Made by a program: the position numbers and the translations under genes. The notes under the pieces are model-generated. The model saw only the letters and a list, made by a program, of their open reading frames with translations. It was not told the origin of the DNA and did not search any database. From contig JANYAV010000010.1 in NCBI GenBank assembly GCA_025361145.1, positions 1,530 to 65,529 of the forward strand: DNA of 64,000 nucleotides, written 5' to 3'. Of this stretch, positions 9,813 through 20,992 are shown in pieces. This DNA comes from Dehalococcoidia bacterium (lineage in GTDB: Bacteria > Chloroflexota > Dehalococcoidia > Dehalococcoidales > UBA3254). Every line of letters starts with the position of its first letter. Within the stretch, counting starts at the first letter, position 1.

Positions 9813-10982
9813 TTATCCCTTAGAGACCAGCACTTTTCTTAAATTGAATAAGGCCTGCATCACCGCCCTCCGGCGCAGTGTTGCAGGACGACCGGATAAA
9901 ACACAGGTTAAATTATAACGGCCGTCTTTAGAATCGATGGCGATGTTAGCCAGCGCACTTTCTATGTCTTTTCCAGCCTGCCCGCTAATGGCGATACCGA
10001 TATCGGTAGAATATTTTTCTCTGGCCTGGACTGCTAAATCCGCAGCGCTTATAGCGTTTTCGGCTAATTCGCTGTTGACCACCAAACCACCTTTCAGAAA
10101 AAGGCGGGAATCCTTTGCTCCTGAAAGGGTATAAATTAGCAGTCCGTTTGTGAAGGTCTCAGCTACCGCCAGGCTCAATCCCTGAGCCTGGATTAGACTA
10201 CTAATCGTTTCTTCCAGTATATCGCTATCGGTGCCCCAGACGGCCTCTTTTAAGATGTCCCGCAGGTCGCGTTCATTGGTATTTATTAATTTTAGCGCTT
10301 CAACTCTATTATCGGCTTTGGCAGTTATACGGAGGTGAATTCCGTCGTCTTTAGCATAAAGGGCCAGAGTGGGATTAGGCAACGACATATAGCGGCCTAC
10401 CAACTGGTCTATTTTGGCTTCGGAAATACCCCAGGTCTTGAGAGTGCGAGAGACGATTACGGCACCACCCCGTTTTTGCAATCTGGGGAAGATCTCCTGC
10501 CGCCACATAGGCTGCATCTCTCCGGGGGGACCTGGCAGAGAAACAATGATCTTGCCGTCTCTCTCTATCCACCATCCCGGTGCTGTTCCCAGTGGATTGG
10601 GTAAACTACTTGCGGAGGGGATCAGACAGGCCTGTTTTAAATTATTGTCCGGCATCTCCAATCCCAGCCGGGCAAAATAACCTGTGATATATTCCTTAAG
10701 GCCGGAGTCTATCTCCATTTTTTCATTGAGCAGGCCGGCGATTACTTCCCGTGTGATATCGCCCCTGGTTGGACCCAATCCACCGGTGATTATCACCAGA
10801 TCGGAACGGTCTCTGGCTTGTTTCAAGACAGACAAAAAACGATCGTAATTATCTCCTACAATCGATACAAAATACAAGTCGATGCCCATCAGCGCCAGCT
10901 GGCTAGCGATGAAGGAAGTATGTGTATCCGTCAATTCGCCCAGCAGTAACTCAGTTCCACTAGCTATGATTTCAGCTTTCAT
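9813..10982 (-). CDS. cinA: CinA-like competence/damage-inducible protein (MoCF domain + nicotinamide-nucleotide amidase domain)
   Basis: 389 aa with the N-terminal MoCF-type motif LVIITGGLGPT. Confidence 0.85.
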   Translation of the reverse strand: MKAEIIASGTELLLGELTDTHTSFIASQLALMGIDLYFVSIVGDNYDRFLSVLKQARDRSDLVIITGGLGPTRGDITREVIAGLLNEKMEIDSGLKEYITGYFARLGLEMPDNNLKQACLIPSASSLPNPLGTAPGWWIERDGKIIVSLPGPPGEMQPMWRQEIFPRLQKRGGAVIVSRTLKTWGISEAKIDQLVGRYMSLPNPTLALYAKDDGIHLRITAKADNRVEALKLINTNERDLRDILKEAVWGTDSDILEETISSLIQAQGLSLAVAETFTNGLLIYTLSGAKDSRLFLKGGLVVNSELAENAISAADLAVQAREKYSTDIGIAISGQAGKDIESALANIAIDSKDGRYNLTCVLSGRPATLRRRAVMQALFNLRKVLVSKG

Positions 10983-11177
10983 TTACACCAATATACCTGG
11001 AAATAGATATTTTTTAATCAGCTATTCATATACTAATGCAGTCTGCCACCGACTTCAATCTTTTGTCATAAAGGTTTTTCCGGAATAGGGTAACAAAACG
11101 TTCTGAGGGCTTTGGATTTTATTAAAAGGAACCAAAACATTATAATATAGAGGTACAATCTGACGAGGAGAAACAGA

Positions 11178-12185
11178 GTGACAGTTTTAATGATAGTTTC
11201 ATCCAGTGAACATGCGGGCAAGACCATGCTCTGCGCCGGTTTAGGCAGATACTGGCAGAACTCCGGCCGCAAGGTGGGTTATTTTGAGCCGGTTTTCTCG
11301 GCGGAGGATAAGACCGCTTCCGAGGGAAAAAGTGTGGCGCTGGTACGTCAGGTCCTGGCTTCAACGGAAACCGCTGAAGCTATTAGTCCGCTTGTTTTAG
11401 ATAGTACCATATCGCTTAAAGCGGCCTTTGCCTCTGCCTCACAAGATAAAGATATTATGATAATCGAGGGCAGCTTAGCTCGTGCTGAGTTAGTGGCTTC
11501 CTCTATCGGCGCCAGGGTGCTGGTGGTGCATGATTATGCTTATGATCTGGAGATAGCCCTGCCTGAGTATGCTAAACTTTCCGGGAAGTTGGTTGGGATC
11601 GTGCTTAACAAAATTCCGGCTAAAAAACTCTCTTCAGCGGCTAAAGCAGCTGAAGATGCGATGGCAAAAGTCGGGCTCAAACTGCTGGGAGCAGTGCCTG
11701 AAGATAGAATTTTGGCCGCTCTTTCTGTGGGTGATCTAGCCGATGTTCTGCAGGGCAAGATCCTCAACAATTCTGAAAAAACCACTGACCTGATTGAAAA
11801 TTTCATGATGGGTTCTTCTACCTTTGACCGCGGTGCGACTTATTATCAGCGTAAAAGCAACAAAGCTGTCCTGGTTTGGGGTGAGCGGCCGGGATTCCGT
11901 AAAGCAGCTCTGGCCAGTTTACCTCAGGTCGCACTGCTCACTTCAACCCGTTGTGTCGTGATTAGCGATTCGGCTGTACCCCTGCCCGCCATCCAGCAGA
12001 AAGCGCTGGAAAAAGGGGTGCCGTTGATTTCAGTCCCTGGTAAATTGCCAGAAGTGATTACCAGATTGGAAGAGGCTATGGCGGGCATATCTTTTACTCA
12101 AGAGCAAAAGATGCCGCATTTACTGGAGATGCTGCCCAGAGTATTCAATAAAGCCTTGCTGACGGGCGAGTTCAATCACGGTTAA
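11178..12185 (+). CDS. Phosphotransacetylase N-terminal-like / DRTGG domain protein
   Basis: GTG start after GAGGAG. BioD-like N-terminus (SSSEHAGKT) and a DRTGG-like C-terminal half. Confidence 0.6.
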   Translation: MTVLMIVSSSEHAGKTMLCAGLGRYWQNSGRKVGYFEPVFSAEDKTASEGKSVALVRQVLASTETAEAISPLVLDSTISLKAAFASASQDKDIMIIEGSLARAELVASSIGARVLVVHDYAYDLEIALPEYAKLSGKLVGIVLNKIPAKKLSSAAKAAEDAMAKVGLKLLGAVPEDRILAALSVGDLADVLQGKILNNSEKTTDLIENFMMGSSTFDRGATYYQRKSNKAVLVWGERPGFRKAALASLPQVALLTSTRCVVISDSAVPLPAIQQKALEKGVPLISVPGKLPEVITRLEEAMAGISFTQEQKMPHLLEMLPRVFNKALLTGEFNHG

Positions 12186-12210
12186 TTACAAGACTTTGAT
12201 CGTATTGGAG

Positions 12211-12239
12211 TTTACAAACCTCAGGACTAATAATATAAT
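12211..12239 (+). promoter_or_regulatory. Promoter TTTACA-17-TATAAT for zinc-ribbon paralog 2
   Basis: Near-consensus hexamers, about 100 nt upstream of the GTG at 12342. Confidence 0.6.
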
Positions 12240-12341
12240 TAGTTGGGTGGCACAGGGTATCCTGATGTTTGCTGGCATAATTATAACCGGTAAGCGGGGA
12301 TAAACAGTTTAGAGTCACCCAAGGATAAAGGAGGACATTCA

Positions 12342-12638
12342 GTGGCTTTTACCGACAAGCAGATCCATTGCAGCGATTGCGGCAACGAATTTACATTTAC
12401 CGCTGCGGAGCAAGAGTTTTTTCAAGAGAAAGGTTACACCAATGAACCTAAGCGTTGCCTTCCCTGCCGTCAGGCCAGAAAAGCGGAAAAAGGCGGAGGA
12501 TCTAGAGGCCCAATGCAGAAGTTCCCGGCCATTTGCGCGCAGTGCGGCAAAGAGACTGAAGTACCCTTCGAACCTAAACAGGGCAGGCCGGTATATTGCA
12601 GCACCTGCTACAGCCAGATGAGACAAAATCAGAACTAA
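12342..12638 (+). CDS. Zinc-ribbon protein with two CxxC-x(n)-CxxC modules (paralog 2)
   Basis: 98 aa: CSDC...CLPC and CAQC...CSTC. Shares PKRC and VPFEP..GRPVYC blocks with 9366-9701. AAGGAGG RBS. Confidence 0.8.
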   Translation: MAFTDKQIHCSDCGNEFTFTAAEQEFFQEKGYTNEPKRCLPCRQARKAEKGGGSRGPMQKFPAICAQCGKETEVPFEPKQGRPVYCSTCYSQMRQNQN

Positions 12639-12825
12639 AGAAACTAACTAAAATGTGTTTTTCCGGGCCGGGGGTTAATCTCCCGGCCTGGTTATCTAAA
12701 TTATCGAATAAACTTGATAGGCTGCTGTTTGACCCCTTCACCATATTTCAGACGGAGTTATTAAGACCGGAATCCTGAATTATGGAAGGGGTTATTCGTG
12801 TGGTAAAAAAATGGATTGGTAAAAT

Positions 12826-14655
12826 ATGAAATATAGACAAGATTTAAGAAACATCGCAATTATCGCCCATGTTGATCACGGCAAGACCACTCTGGTGGAC
12901 GGTCTGTTCAGGCAAAGTCACGTTTTTCGTGAGAATCAACAGATGGCCGATTGCGTTATGGACAATAATGCCCTGGAGCGGGAAAGGGGCATCACCATTC
13001 TGGCTAAAAACACCGCGGTTATGTATAAAGGCGTCAAGATCAATATCATCGATACCCCCGGACATGCGGATTTTGGCGGTGAGGTAGAGCGTGTCATCAA
13101 CATGGCGGACGGCTGCCTGCTTTTGATCGATGCGGTTGACGGTCCCATGCCTCAAACCAAGGTGGTTTTACGCAAGGCCCTGGAAAAAAAGATCAGGCCT
13201 ATCGTCATTGTTAATAAGATAGATCGGGAAAATGCGCGTGTTCCAGAAGTGAATAGTATGGTCCAGGACCTGTTCCTAGAGTTAGCTGTTACTGATGAAC
13301 AACTTGATTTTCCGGTTATTTACGCCAGTGGAAGAGAAGGTTGGGCCACTACTGATCCTGTAGGCCGCGGCACGGATTTAAGTCCACTTTTTGATGCTAT
13401 TTTAAAAGAGATTCCCCCCCCGGTTATTGAAGAGGGGCCGTTTCAGATGTTGGTGTCCAATCTGGACTATGATACCCATAAGGGCAAGATTGCCATCGGT
13501 CGTATCTGGCGTGGCAAAGTGTCCCCACATGACCGTCTGGTGGTGATGAATGCGGACGGGACCAATACACCCTTTGAAGTCGGTCAGGTTTTTACCTACC
13601 TAGGTTTAAAATTGGAGGATGTTAAAGAAGCTTCTGCAGGTGATATCATAGCCATTACAGGTATGGAAAAAACCAGTATCGGCGATACCCTGGCTGATCC
13701 TGCGCAGGCCGACGCGTTGCCTCGTATCGAGGTCACCGAACCAACCGTCAAAATGACCTTCGGTGTTAATACTTCTCCGTTCTCAGGCCGTGAAGGTAAA
13801 TTTAGCACAACCCGTCAATTACGCGATCGCTTGTACCGCGAACTGGAAACCAATCTTAGCTTGCGGGTGGCGGATACCGAGACCGCGGATACCTTTCTGG
13901 TTTCAGGCCGTGGTGAACTGCACCTCTCTGTCATGATCGAAACCATGCGTCGCGAAGGCTATGAATTTGAGGTGTCAAAACCGGAAGCTATTATTAAAGA
14001 GATTAACGGGAAGTTGATGGAACCTGTTGAGCATCTTACCCTGGATATCAGGGACGAGTTTATCGGTGGCATTACAGAATTGCTCAGCAATCGTCAGGCG
14101 CAGATGACCAATATGTTCAATGACGGTAAGGGCAATGTTCGCATGGAGTTCAATATTCCTACTAAGGGTTTGATCGGTTTCCGTAGCGCTTTCCTGACCG
14201 CGACTCGTGGTGAGGGCGTCATGAATAGTATCTTTACCGGTTTCCAACCGTGGGTCGGGGAGCTCCACGCCACCCGTACCACCAGCGTTCTGGTGGCCTC
14301 AGAGAGCGGTGAAGCCGTTACCTATGGACTGGATAATGCCCAGGAACGCGGCATGACCTTTATTGATCCGGGAACCCAGGTCTATGAAGGCATGATCATC
14401 GGGCAGACCAACCGTCCGCGCGATGTATCGGTCAATGTCTGCAAAGCCAAGAAGTTGACCAACATCCGCTCATCCACTTCAGATGTTGCCATTAAACTGA
14501 CTCCGCCCATTAGATACAGTTTGGAGCAGTCCATCGACTTCGTTAATAAAGATGAATTGGTGGAAGTCACACCCAAAAATATTCGTCTCCGTAAGAAGAT
14601 CTTGAAGGAAACCTTGCGCTTGCGCGCTCATGCCTCCGACCACGGCGACGATTAA
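12826..14655 (+). CDS. typA: Translational GTPase TypA/BipA
   Basis: 609 aa. G1 [10 protein letters not shown]3 DTPGHADF, G4 NKIDR. Confidence 0.95.
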   Translation: MKYRQDLRNIAIIAHVDHGKTTLVDGLFRQSHVFRENQQMADCVMDNNALERERGITILAKNTAVMYKGVKINIIDTPGHADFGGEVERVINMADGCLLLIDAVDGPMPQTKVVLRKALEKKIRPIVIVNKIDRENARVPEVNSMVQDLFLELAVTDEQLDFPVIYASGREGWATTDPVGRGTDLSPLFDAILKEIPPPVIEEGPFQMLVSNLDYDTHKGKIAIGRIWRGKVSPHDRLVVMNADGTNTPFEVGQVFTYLGLKLEDVKEASAGDIIAITGMEKTSIGDTLADPAQADALPRIEVTEPTVKMTFGVNTSPFSGREGKFSTTRQLRDRLYRELETNLSLRVADTETADTFLVSGRGELHLSVMIETMRREGYEFEVSKPEAIIKEINGKLMEPVEHLTLDIRDEFIGGITELLSNRQAQMTNMFNDGKGNVRMEFNIPTKGLIGFRSAFLTATRGEGVMNSIFTGFQPWVGELHATRTTSVLVASESGEAVTYGLDNAQERGMTFIDPGTQVYEGMIIGQTNRPRDVSVNVCKAKKLTNIRSSTSDVAIKLTPPIRYSLEQSIDFVNKDELVEVTPKNIRLRKKILKETLRLRAHASDHGDD

Positions 14656-14682
14656 AATCAGCTTATCAACTTAAAATTAAAA

Positions 14683-14716
14683 CCGCCTTGCGAACATCCC
14701 AGCAAGGCGGTTTTTT
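14683..14716. terminator. Intrinsic terminator after typA
   Basis: Stem CCGCCTTGC/GCAAGGCGG followed by TTTTTT. An A-run upstream makes it usable from both strands. Confidence 0.85.
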
Positions 14717-14740
14717 ATTTCATTAATAACTTTAACTTTG

Positions 14741-15139
14741 TTAGGGTACGATCGTCTCCACATTAGAAGTAAAATCCCCACCCAGCCAGACCAGGGGGAA
14801 AGTCAACTTCAGTTCATGCGATTCATTCTGCTTCAGGAAGACCGGCATCTCGTTGGAATTGATCTTCCCGTTCTGGGTCAAGGCAGCTTTAACCAGAATC
14901 GTTCCCTCAGCCCCGCTATTTTTTACCTTGATATCCAGAGTTGCATAATAAGCCGTCTGCGTGCCGGAGGTAGTAGCTACCACGCTTACTACTTCAGGTA
15001 AGGGTTTAACTACGGTCGTGGAACTGGTGGTGTCGGTTGAACTTTTATTGCTGCTCATGGGAAAACAGCCTGTCAGTCCTATTAAAAGGACGATTATTAA
15101 AACTAAGCTAACAGCTCCCCTCAATAGTAATCGACGCAT
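14741..15139 (-). CDS. Hypothetical lipoprotein
   Basis: 132 aa. Signal peptide with lipobox LTGC and a Ser/Thr-rich linker. Confidence 0.6.
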   Translation of the reverse strand: MRRLLLRGAVSLVLIIVLLIGLTGCFPMSSNKSSTDTTSSTTVVKPLPEVVSVVATTSGTQTAYYATLDIKVKNSGAEGTILVKAALTQNGKINSNEMPVFLKQNESHELKLTFPLVWLGGDFTSNVETIVP

Positions 15140-15287
15140 TTTTCCTCCCCGTTATGAGACAGGTCATCACCGCCTATCTCTCAATCGTCCTTAGTATAGC
15201 AATTAGCTTTACCTGGTGCAATAGCTCCAAAGTCATATATTGTCAGGATAAGAATAATACCCGGAGCCTTGAGGGGGGAATTTTGTC

Positions 15288-16316
15288 TTAAACTAGATTG
15301 TAGCGGAAGCCGCCATCCACATAAGTTTTACGGATTTTCCCATTCCAGCGGAGATGCTCGACATGAGCGATGGTCTCGGTAATAGCCAGGCGTTTTTGCA
15401 TCGGGGGGAAGTGGTCCCAGGTCAGACCGTGCATATTCCAGGTCAGTTTGGAGGCAATTTCGTAACAGCTGCTGGGACCGCTGCTCATGGTTGCAACGAT
15501 TTCCTTTTCACGCAGGTTATGATGGTCCAGAATCACCTGCACTCTTCCTTGCAAATCATTGAAAGACGATTCGTGTCCCGGGTGCACCTGCTTAATAGGG
15601 AGATGATCGATCTTGTCCAGGGCATAGATATAGTCTCCCAGCGGATTATCTCCGGAGAGGACATGATAGCTGATATTAGGGCTTATAGTCGGTAGCACAT
15701 GATCGCCGGAAAACAGCAGCTGATTACGTGCCTCATATAAACAGATATGGCCCGGGGAATGGCCGGGTGTCCAGATTACTTCCAGATCAAATTTACCGGT
15801 GCTGATCATTTCTCCCCCATAGAGCATTTGATCGGGAAGTGAAACGATTACGAATTCAAGAGCAGGCATGGAGGCACTACCCAGCGTATCCACCGTAACC
15901 GAGGGTACACCGTGGCTGATTAGCAGCGCATTCATTTTTTCCTTAAATTCATTGAATCTGATGTAGCGGGACTCGATAAGGTCCGCTTCCCAGCGGTGGA
16001 TGAGCATACGAGTTTTGGGAGACAGTTGTTTAATTCTGCCTGCCAAGCCAAAATGGTCCGGATGGCAATGAGTAATAACGATGGTTGAAATATCAGTGAG
16101 TTTTAAACTTAAGCTTTTTAAAGCGGTTTCTAGCATCTGTTGAGTTGCGGGGGAATTCCAGCCAGGGTCAATCAGCAGCCAACCGTCGGTTCCCTGTACC
16201 AGGTAGGAGTTAACGTGTAAAAGCCGGGTCAGACGCTCATCTGCCAGCTCTAGTTGGATCTGGTAAATACCCGGAATAATTTCTTTAATCGGTTGTATTT
16301 TGGCTGGTGTTGTCAT
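15288..16316 (-). CDS. MBL-fold metallo-hydrolase
   Basis: 342 aa with the HCHPDHFG (HxHxDH) motif. Confidence 0.85.
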   Translation of the reverse strand: MTTPAKIQPIKEIIPGIYQIQLELADERLTRLLHVNSYLVQGTDGWLLIDPGWNSPATQQMLETALKSLSLKLTDISTIVITHCHPDHFGLAGRIKQLSPKTRMLIHRWEADLIESRYIRFNEFKEKMNALLISHGVPSVTVDTLGSASMPALEFVIVSLPDQMLYGGEMISTGKFDLEVIWTPGHSPGHICLYEARNQLLFSGDHVLPTISPNISYHVLSGDNPLGDYIYALDKIDHLPIKQVHPGHESSFNDLQGRVQVILDHHNLREKEIVATMSSGPSSCYEIASKLTWNMHGLTWDHFPPMQKRLAITETIAHVEHLRWNGKIRKTYVDGGFRYNLV

Positions 16317-16346
16317 TTCACACGCTTTAAGTCGATGACATGACTA

Positions 16347-16697
16347 TTATTTTTTACTCCCTATTTTAGGTTCCATGCCACTTTGTAACAGGGTTTCTTC
16401 GGATAAATAAATCTTACCTTCATCGGTAACTCTCACGATGTTTTCTTTCATAAAATACTGCAAAGCGGTCGGTTTATAATCCCGCATACCGGAGCCCTGC
16501 AACAATCCCTTTTTCTTCAACCCAATGTCATCAGCGAACTGAGCGGTTTCGGCAGTCAGCGCGTTGTTAGTTCGCAGCGCTTTGAGTACAGACCGCATGG
16601 CTCTCTTTATTAAATATTGGGATGCCATAAAGGCTAACGCCAGCAAGACAATCATGACCAAAATAACTAATAATAAAATAGTGGTTTGTTGGTTCAC
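16347..16697 (-). CDS. Hypothetical membrane-anchored protein
   Basis: 116 aa with one N-terminal TM. No recognised motif. Confidence 0.5.
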   Translation of the reverse strand: MNQQTTILLLVILVMIVLLALAFMASQYLIKRAMRSVLKALRTNNALTAETAQFADDIGLKKKGLLQGSGMRDYKPTALQYFMKENIVRVTDEGKIYLSEETLLQSGMEPKIGSKK

Positions 16698-16771
16698 AGT
16701 TTTTTCTCTAATCGTGTATTCTCAAGTATGTGTATAATACCATCAAAAACTGTCAGAGTAAATCAGTAAAA

Positions 16772-17215
16772 CTAGCCAGTCTCCAAAAGGGCAAATCCGC
16801 TCCTTGGGTGCATCACCCTTTGGGCTTTAACTCCTGTGATCTCATAGAGAATCACTTCAACTACCAGCCAGGTCTTTACCCCTGGTCGCAAGCAGCCGGT
16901 CAAGGTCTGACCGGAACGGCCCAGAGCGGCATGTAAATGCAAGACCGGTTTACCGTCCTCCCCTGGCGCCAGTACTCCTAACCCCATCACTTCATGCGCT
17001 TCTTCTACGGGTAGCAGCATTGGATCTGATGGCATCTGGTCTGAAATACGGGGACCGACCACCACCTGTCCATCGGTGACGCCTCCCACCATAATCAAAT
17101 GGCCGTGGCTGATATTCTTTTCAATCGCAAATTTTTCAATACAGTCAGGGATTTTATCACCATCATCCAGTCGGATCACAAATACCCTTCCCAATTTCCC
17201 TTCTGCCGCTCTCAT
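16772..17215 (-). CDS. PPC (DUF296) domain protein
   Basis: 147 aa. GRVFVIRLDDGDKIPDCIEKFA... resembles the PPC/DUF296 fold family. Confidence 0.6.
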   Translation of the reverse strand: MRAAEGKLGRVFVIRLDDGDKIPDCIEKFAIEKNISHGHLIMVGGVTDGQVVVGPRISDQMPSDPMLLPVEEAHEVMGLGVLAPGEDGKPVLHLHAALGRSGQTLTGCLRPGVKTWLVVEVILYEITGVKAQRVMHPRSGFALLETG

Positions 17216-17226
17216 TGTTTCACTTC

Positions 17227-18336
17227 CTAAAACTGGATAATAAATTTGCCATCCTGGTAAATCAATTGATCATCTATATACACCCGACCGTTTTTCCTCA
17301 TGTCGCAGATCATATCCCAGTGGATAGCGGACTCGTTTTTACCGCCTGTCTCCGGGTAGCTCGATCCCAGCGCCATGTGGAAGCTGCCGTCGATCTTTTC
17401 ATCGAATAAAATTTGCCTGGTGAACCGGGTGATCCCTTTGCTGGTGCCGAAGGCGAATTCACCCACCCTTCGTGCTCCTTCATCCGTATCCAGAGTCTTG
17501 ATCAGAAAGTCCTGATTCTTGTCTGCGCTGGCCTTAACCACCTTGCCCTCTTTAAACCACAACCTGACGCCTGTAACTTCGCGGCCGTTCTCGATTGTGG
17601 GATAAGAAAAATAAACCTGTCCTTCCATAGAGTCTTCCACCGGTCCGGTGAAGACTTCGCCGTCCGGCATATTCTCGTGTCCGTCACAGTTGATAAAAGT
17701 GCGCCCATCGATGCTAAAACGCAGGTCGGTCTCTGGCGCGGTGATATGCACCTGTTTTTTCCCTTTTAACCAGTCAGCAATTTTTTGTTGCCAGGCGGAA
17801 AAGCGTTTCCAATAGCCGATGGGATCATTGATATCTCCCAGGCAAGCAGAATAAACAAAGTTTTCATATTCTTCCAGCCCCATATCTGCGTCCTGAGCAT
17901 AAGCGTTGGTCGGGTATAGAGCATAAGTCCAGCGCAACTCGCCTTTAGCTGCTCGCGACAGGAAGGTTTTCATCAATTCTCGCCTGCTCAGCTGGCTCAT
18001 CACCACTTTGGCCGGATCGATGTTGCTGAGTTCTTTGGTGTTGCTGTCGCCTCCAATGGATATCCGCACATCATAGGTGTCATATATCAATTTGGTGGGC
18101 GGCGCCACATGCTTAAGCTGATCATCAGAAGCGTATTTATAGAAAAGTTCATCCATACCGCCGGGGGAGGAGATAAGGTAGGGGTAACCTCCCGCTTTTA
18201 GAACATTAACGTAGATTGCCTTTAACAGTGGTTCCGCTGCCGAGTCTCCCATGATAGCGGTCTTATCGCCCGGTTTCACAGCCACTGAATAATTTACCAG
18301 CAGCTCTGCCAATTTTTCCACTCTAATATCTGCCAT
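17227..18336 (-). CDS. Aminopeptidase, M29 (AmpS/PepS) family
   Basis: 369 aa. End-to-end similarity to thermophilic-type aminopeptidases, recognised by eye. Confidence 0.75.
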   Translation of the reverse strand: MADIRVEKLAELLVNYSVAVKPGDKTAIMGDSAAEPLLKAIYVNVLKAGGYPYLISSPGGMDELFYKYASDDQLKHVAPPTKLIYDTYDVRISIGGDSNTKELSNIDPAKVVMSQLSRRELMKTFLSRAAKGELRWTYALYPTNAYAQDADMGLEEYENFVYSACLGDINDPIGYWKRFSAWQQKIADWLKGKKQVHITAPETDLRFSIDGRTFINCDGHENMPDGEVFTGPVEDSMEGQVYFSYPTIENGREVTGVRLWFKEGKVVKASADKNQDFLIKTLDTDEGARRVGEFAFGTSKGITRFTRQILFDEKIDGSFHMALGSSYPETGGKNESAIHWDMICDMRKNGRVYIDDQLIYQDGKFIIQF

Positions 18337-18385
18337 TTTATTCTCCCTTATACCTTTTCATTCCTTCCTCCTCGATGGGGGAAGG

Positions 18386-19240
18386 TTAGGATGAGGGTGC
18401 TGATTTTCCCATGATCGCGTCGCTTACCCTGCACACCCGCACCATTTCTTTAACATCATGCACGCGTACAATTTCAGCCCCTTTCGAAATCGCGATGGCA
18501 ACCGCAGCGGCAGTACCTTCTACCCTCTGGTTAGTCGGCAAGTTCAGTACCATTTTGATAAACGACTTTCGCGAGGGTCCTACCAGAACCGGTCTATTCA
18601 ACGTTTTTAATTCTTCCAGCCGTCGAATGATTTCCAGGTCAAATTGCCAGGTCTTGCCGAAACCCAGACCTGGATCTATAATAATCTTGTCAGAAGACAC
18701 TCCAGCCTTTTCAGCCAGACTGATGCTGGTGTGTAGAGAATCGATGACCTCGCGCATAATATCATTATAATAAGCTGTATCTCGTTTGGCACAAGCGTCA
18801 TAACCTCCCTTGTCGCGCTGGTTGCTCATCAGTATCAGAGGAGCGCCTGTTTTCGCCGACAGTTCGGCTAGACGTGGTTCCTTTTTAAGTCCCCACTGGT
18901 CATTGATTATCGCAGCCCCGGCCTCCAGTGCCTGCCGAACTAACTCGTACTTGGTACTATCTACGCTGATGGGAATGGGGATCTCAGCGGCGATCTGTCG
19001 GATGGTCGGAATCACCCGGGTTAATTCATCCTCCAACTCCACTTCCGGAGCCCCGGGACGGGTTGATTCTCCGCCGATATCCAGTATATCCGCGCCTTCG
19101 GACGCCATGCGTCGCGCTTGGGCTAGAGCTGATTCCGCGCTGGTCAGACCGTCACCTGAAAAAGAATCGGGTGAAACATTGATAATCCCCATCACATAAG
19201 TCCGCTCTCCCCATTTGAATTCGCGATTTCCGCAGCGCAT
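18386..19240 (-). CDS. folP: Dihydropteroate synthase
   Basis: 284 aa. GIINVSPDSF and GADILDIGGESTRPG motifs. Confidence 0.92.
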   Translation of the reverse strand: MRCGNREFKWGERTYVMGIINVSPDSFSGDGLTSAESALAQARRMASEGADILDIGGESTRPGAPEVELEDELTRVIPTIRQIAAEIPIPISVDSTKYELVRQALEAGAAIINDQWGLKKEPRLAELSAKTGAPLILMSNQRDKGGYDACAKRDTAYYNDIMREVIDSLHTSISLAEKAGVSSDKIIIDPGLGFGKTWQFDLEIIRRLEELKTLNRPVLVGPSRKSFIKMVLNLPTNQRVEGTAAAVAIAISKGAEIVRVHDVKEMVRVCRVSDAIMGKSAPSS

Positions 19241-19389
19241 CAGGGTGTCTCCGTTTATAGTAGTTTATAGCTTGTTATCATTTGTTTGTGATTTCTTTTT
19301 AGCTGATTATCTTCTGCTGGTTATTGGTTATTATATCAGGTTCCATTTTAAAATTTGTAATTTTAAAGTTACCTCATTGCACTTACTCT

Positions 19390-19731
19390 ATGGACTCTAT
19401 TGAAATGCTTTCTGTCATTCTGGATAATTGGCATAAGCCCCTTATTTTTGTGGACTACAATCACATTATCCGTTATTTGAACAAACCGGCTAAAAAGAAG
19501 TATGCCAAATATGGAGATGTTGTGGGTAAGAGTCTTCTTGATTGCCATAATGAGAACTCCTGTCGGCTGATCAAAGAAGGATTTGCCACTTTGCAAACAG
19601 GGGCTGAAGAAGTGCTGTTGTCAGATACACCTAAGAGTCGTTACTATATTCATGCCGTCCGCGATGAACAAGGCAATCTATTGGGTTATTACGACCGCTA
19701 TGATCCACCCATAAAAACTAAGTCGCTTTAA
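19390..19731 (+). CDS. Stand-alone PAS-like domain protein
   Basis: The start is uncertain: ATG 19390 is chosen over the track's 19324, and there is no clear SD. PAS-like core ...FVDYNHIIRYLNKPAKKKY... Confidence 0.5.
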   Translation: MDSIEMLSVILDNWHKPLIFVDYNHIIRYLNKPAKKKYAKYGDVVGKSLLDCHNENSCRLIKEGFATLQTGAEEVLLSDTPKSRYYIHAVRDEQGNLLGYYDRYDPPIKTKSL

Positions 19732-19888
19732 GCGGACCTGTTTTAACCTCTGCACGGGAATTTTAGTTTATAAATATCACGTTTGCCTCCCTCTTTCATT
19801 CCGTGTTATCATTTCGGTAGTCTCAAGTAATAAGTTATTTATTAAAAGTTATTAGTTTTGAGAAAAGGTGAGATACAAAAGGTTTGTT

Positions 19889-20992
19889 ATGGTAGACGAC
19901 ATTATAAAAATGATACGTATTGATATGGGACGCTTCGGTGCTTATTCCGCCGCCAAGTCTCCAGAGGTTGTTGCGCGTAAACTGGGCATCCCGGAAGAGG
20001 ATATTATCAAGCTTGATGCTAACGAAAATCCCTACGGCTGCTCCGCTAAAGTGCGCAAAAAACTCGCTGAATATCCCTATTATTACATTTATCCCGATTC
20101 TAACCAGACTGAGCTGCGCGAGTCGCTTTCCCAATATGTCGGTCTGGGCACGGAATACCTGGTGGCCGGCAACGGCAGTGACGAGTTGATCGATCTACTG
20201 CTGCGTATTTTGCTTTGTCCCGGCGATGAGGTGATTGTTAACGTCCCTACTTTCGATATGTACCGTTTTAGCACCGAGGTCTGCCGTGGTAAAGTAGTCA
20301 ACGTTTTACGCAGAAAGGATTTTACCGTTGACGTGGCGGCTGTCAAAGCGGCCATTACGGAAAAAACTCGCCTTATCTTTTTAACCAGCCCCAATAATCC
20401 TACTGGCACCCTTGTGCCTGAAAAAGATATTCTGGAGTTGCTTAGAACCGGTCTGCCTGTGGTAGTCGACGAGGCCTATTATGAATTTTGCGGTCAGAGC
20501 GTAGTAAAACTGGTGCCGCAGTATCGCAACTTGATTGTTCTCAGGACCTTCAGCAAATGGGCGGGCATCGCCGGTTTGCGCGTGGGTTATGGGATCTTTA
20601 CTCCTGACCTGGCGCACGTATTGATCAAGGTCAAGCCGCCTTACAACATCAATCTGGCTGCCCAGGTGGCGGTCCAGGAATCCATTAAAGATTCTGAATA
20701 TTTACTGGGCACGGTCAAGAAAATGACCGAGGAACGCTCCCGCCTATTTGGTAAATTGCAAAAGTTGGACTTTCTCAAACCAGTGCCTACGCAAGCCAAT
20801 TTCATTCTCTGTGAGGTGCTTCGCGGTGATGCTAAAAGCATTCAGGATGAACTTGAGAAACTTGGTATTTTAATCCGTTATTACAATACGCCACTTCTGA
20901 ATAATTATATCCGAATCAGCGCTGGCAAGCCGGCACAGACCGATAGAATAATCGCGGCGCTGGAAAAAATAGGGGGGAAAGCCAATGGCTAG
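19889..20992 (+). CDS. hisC: Histidinol-phosphate aminotransferase
   Basis: ATG at 19889 (the track ORF starts at GTG 19868). PLP-lysine motif [17 protein letters not shown]. Confidence 0.9.
   Translation: MVDDIIKMIRIDMGRFGAYSAAKSPEVVARKLGIPEEDIIKLDANENPYGCSAKVRKKLAEYPYYYIYPDSNQTELRESLSQYVGLGTEYLVAGNGSDELIDLLLRILLCPGDEVIVNVPTFDMYRFSTEVCRGKVVNVLRRKDFTVDVAAVKAAITEKTRLIFLTSPNNPTGTLVPEKDILELLRTGLPVVVDEAYYEFCGQSVVKLVPQYRNLIVLRTFSKWAGIAGLRVGYGIFTPDLAHVLIKVKPPYNINLAAQVAVQESIKDSEYLLGTVKKMTEERSRLFGKLQKLDFLKPVPTQANFILCEVLRGDAKSIQDELEKLGILIRYYNTPLLNNYIRISAGKPAQTDRIIAALEKIGGKANG

Noticed and set aside
12666-12688. GC-rich hairpin GGCCGGGGG/CTCCCGGCC after zinc-ribbon paralog 2, as an intrinsic terminator
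   Set aside because: The following tract (TGGTTATCT) is a poor U-run, so I did not list it as a terminator. It may still be a stabilising 3' hairpin.
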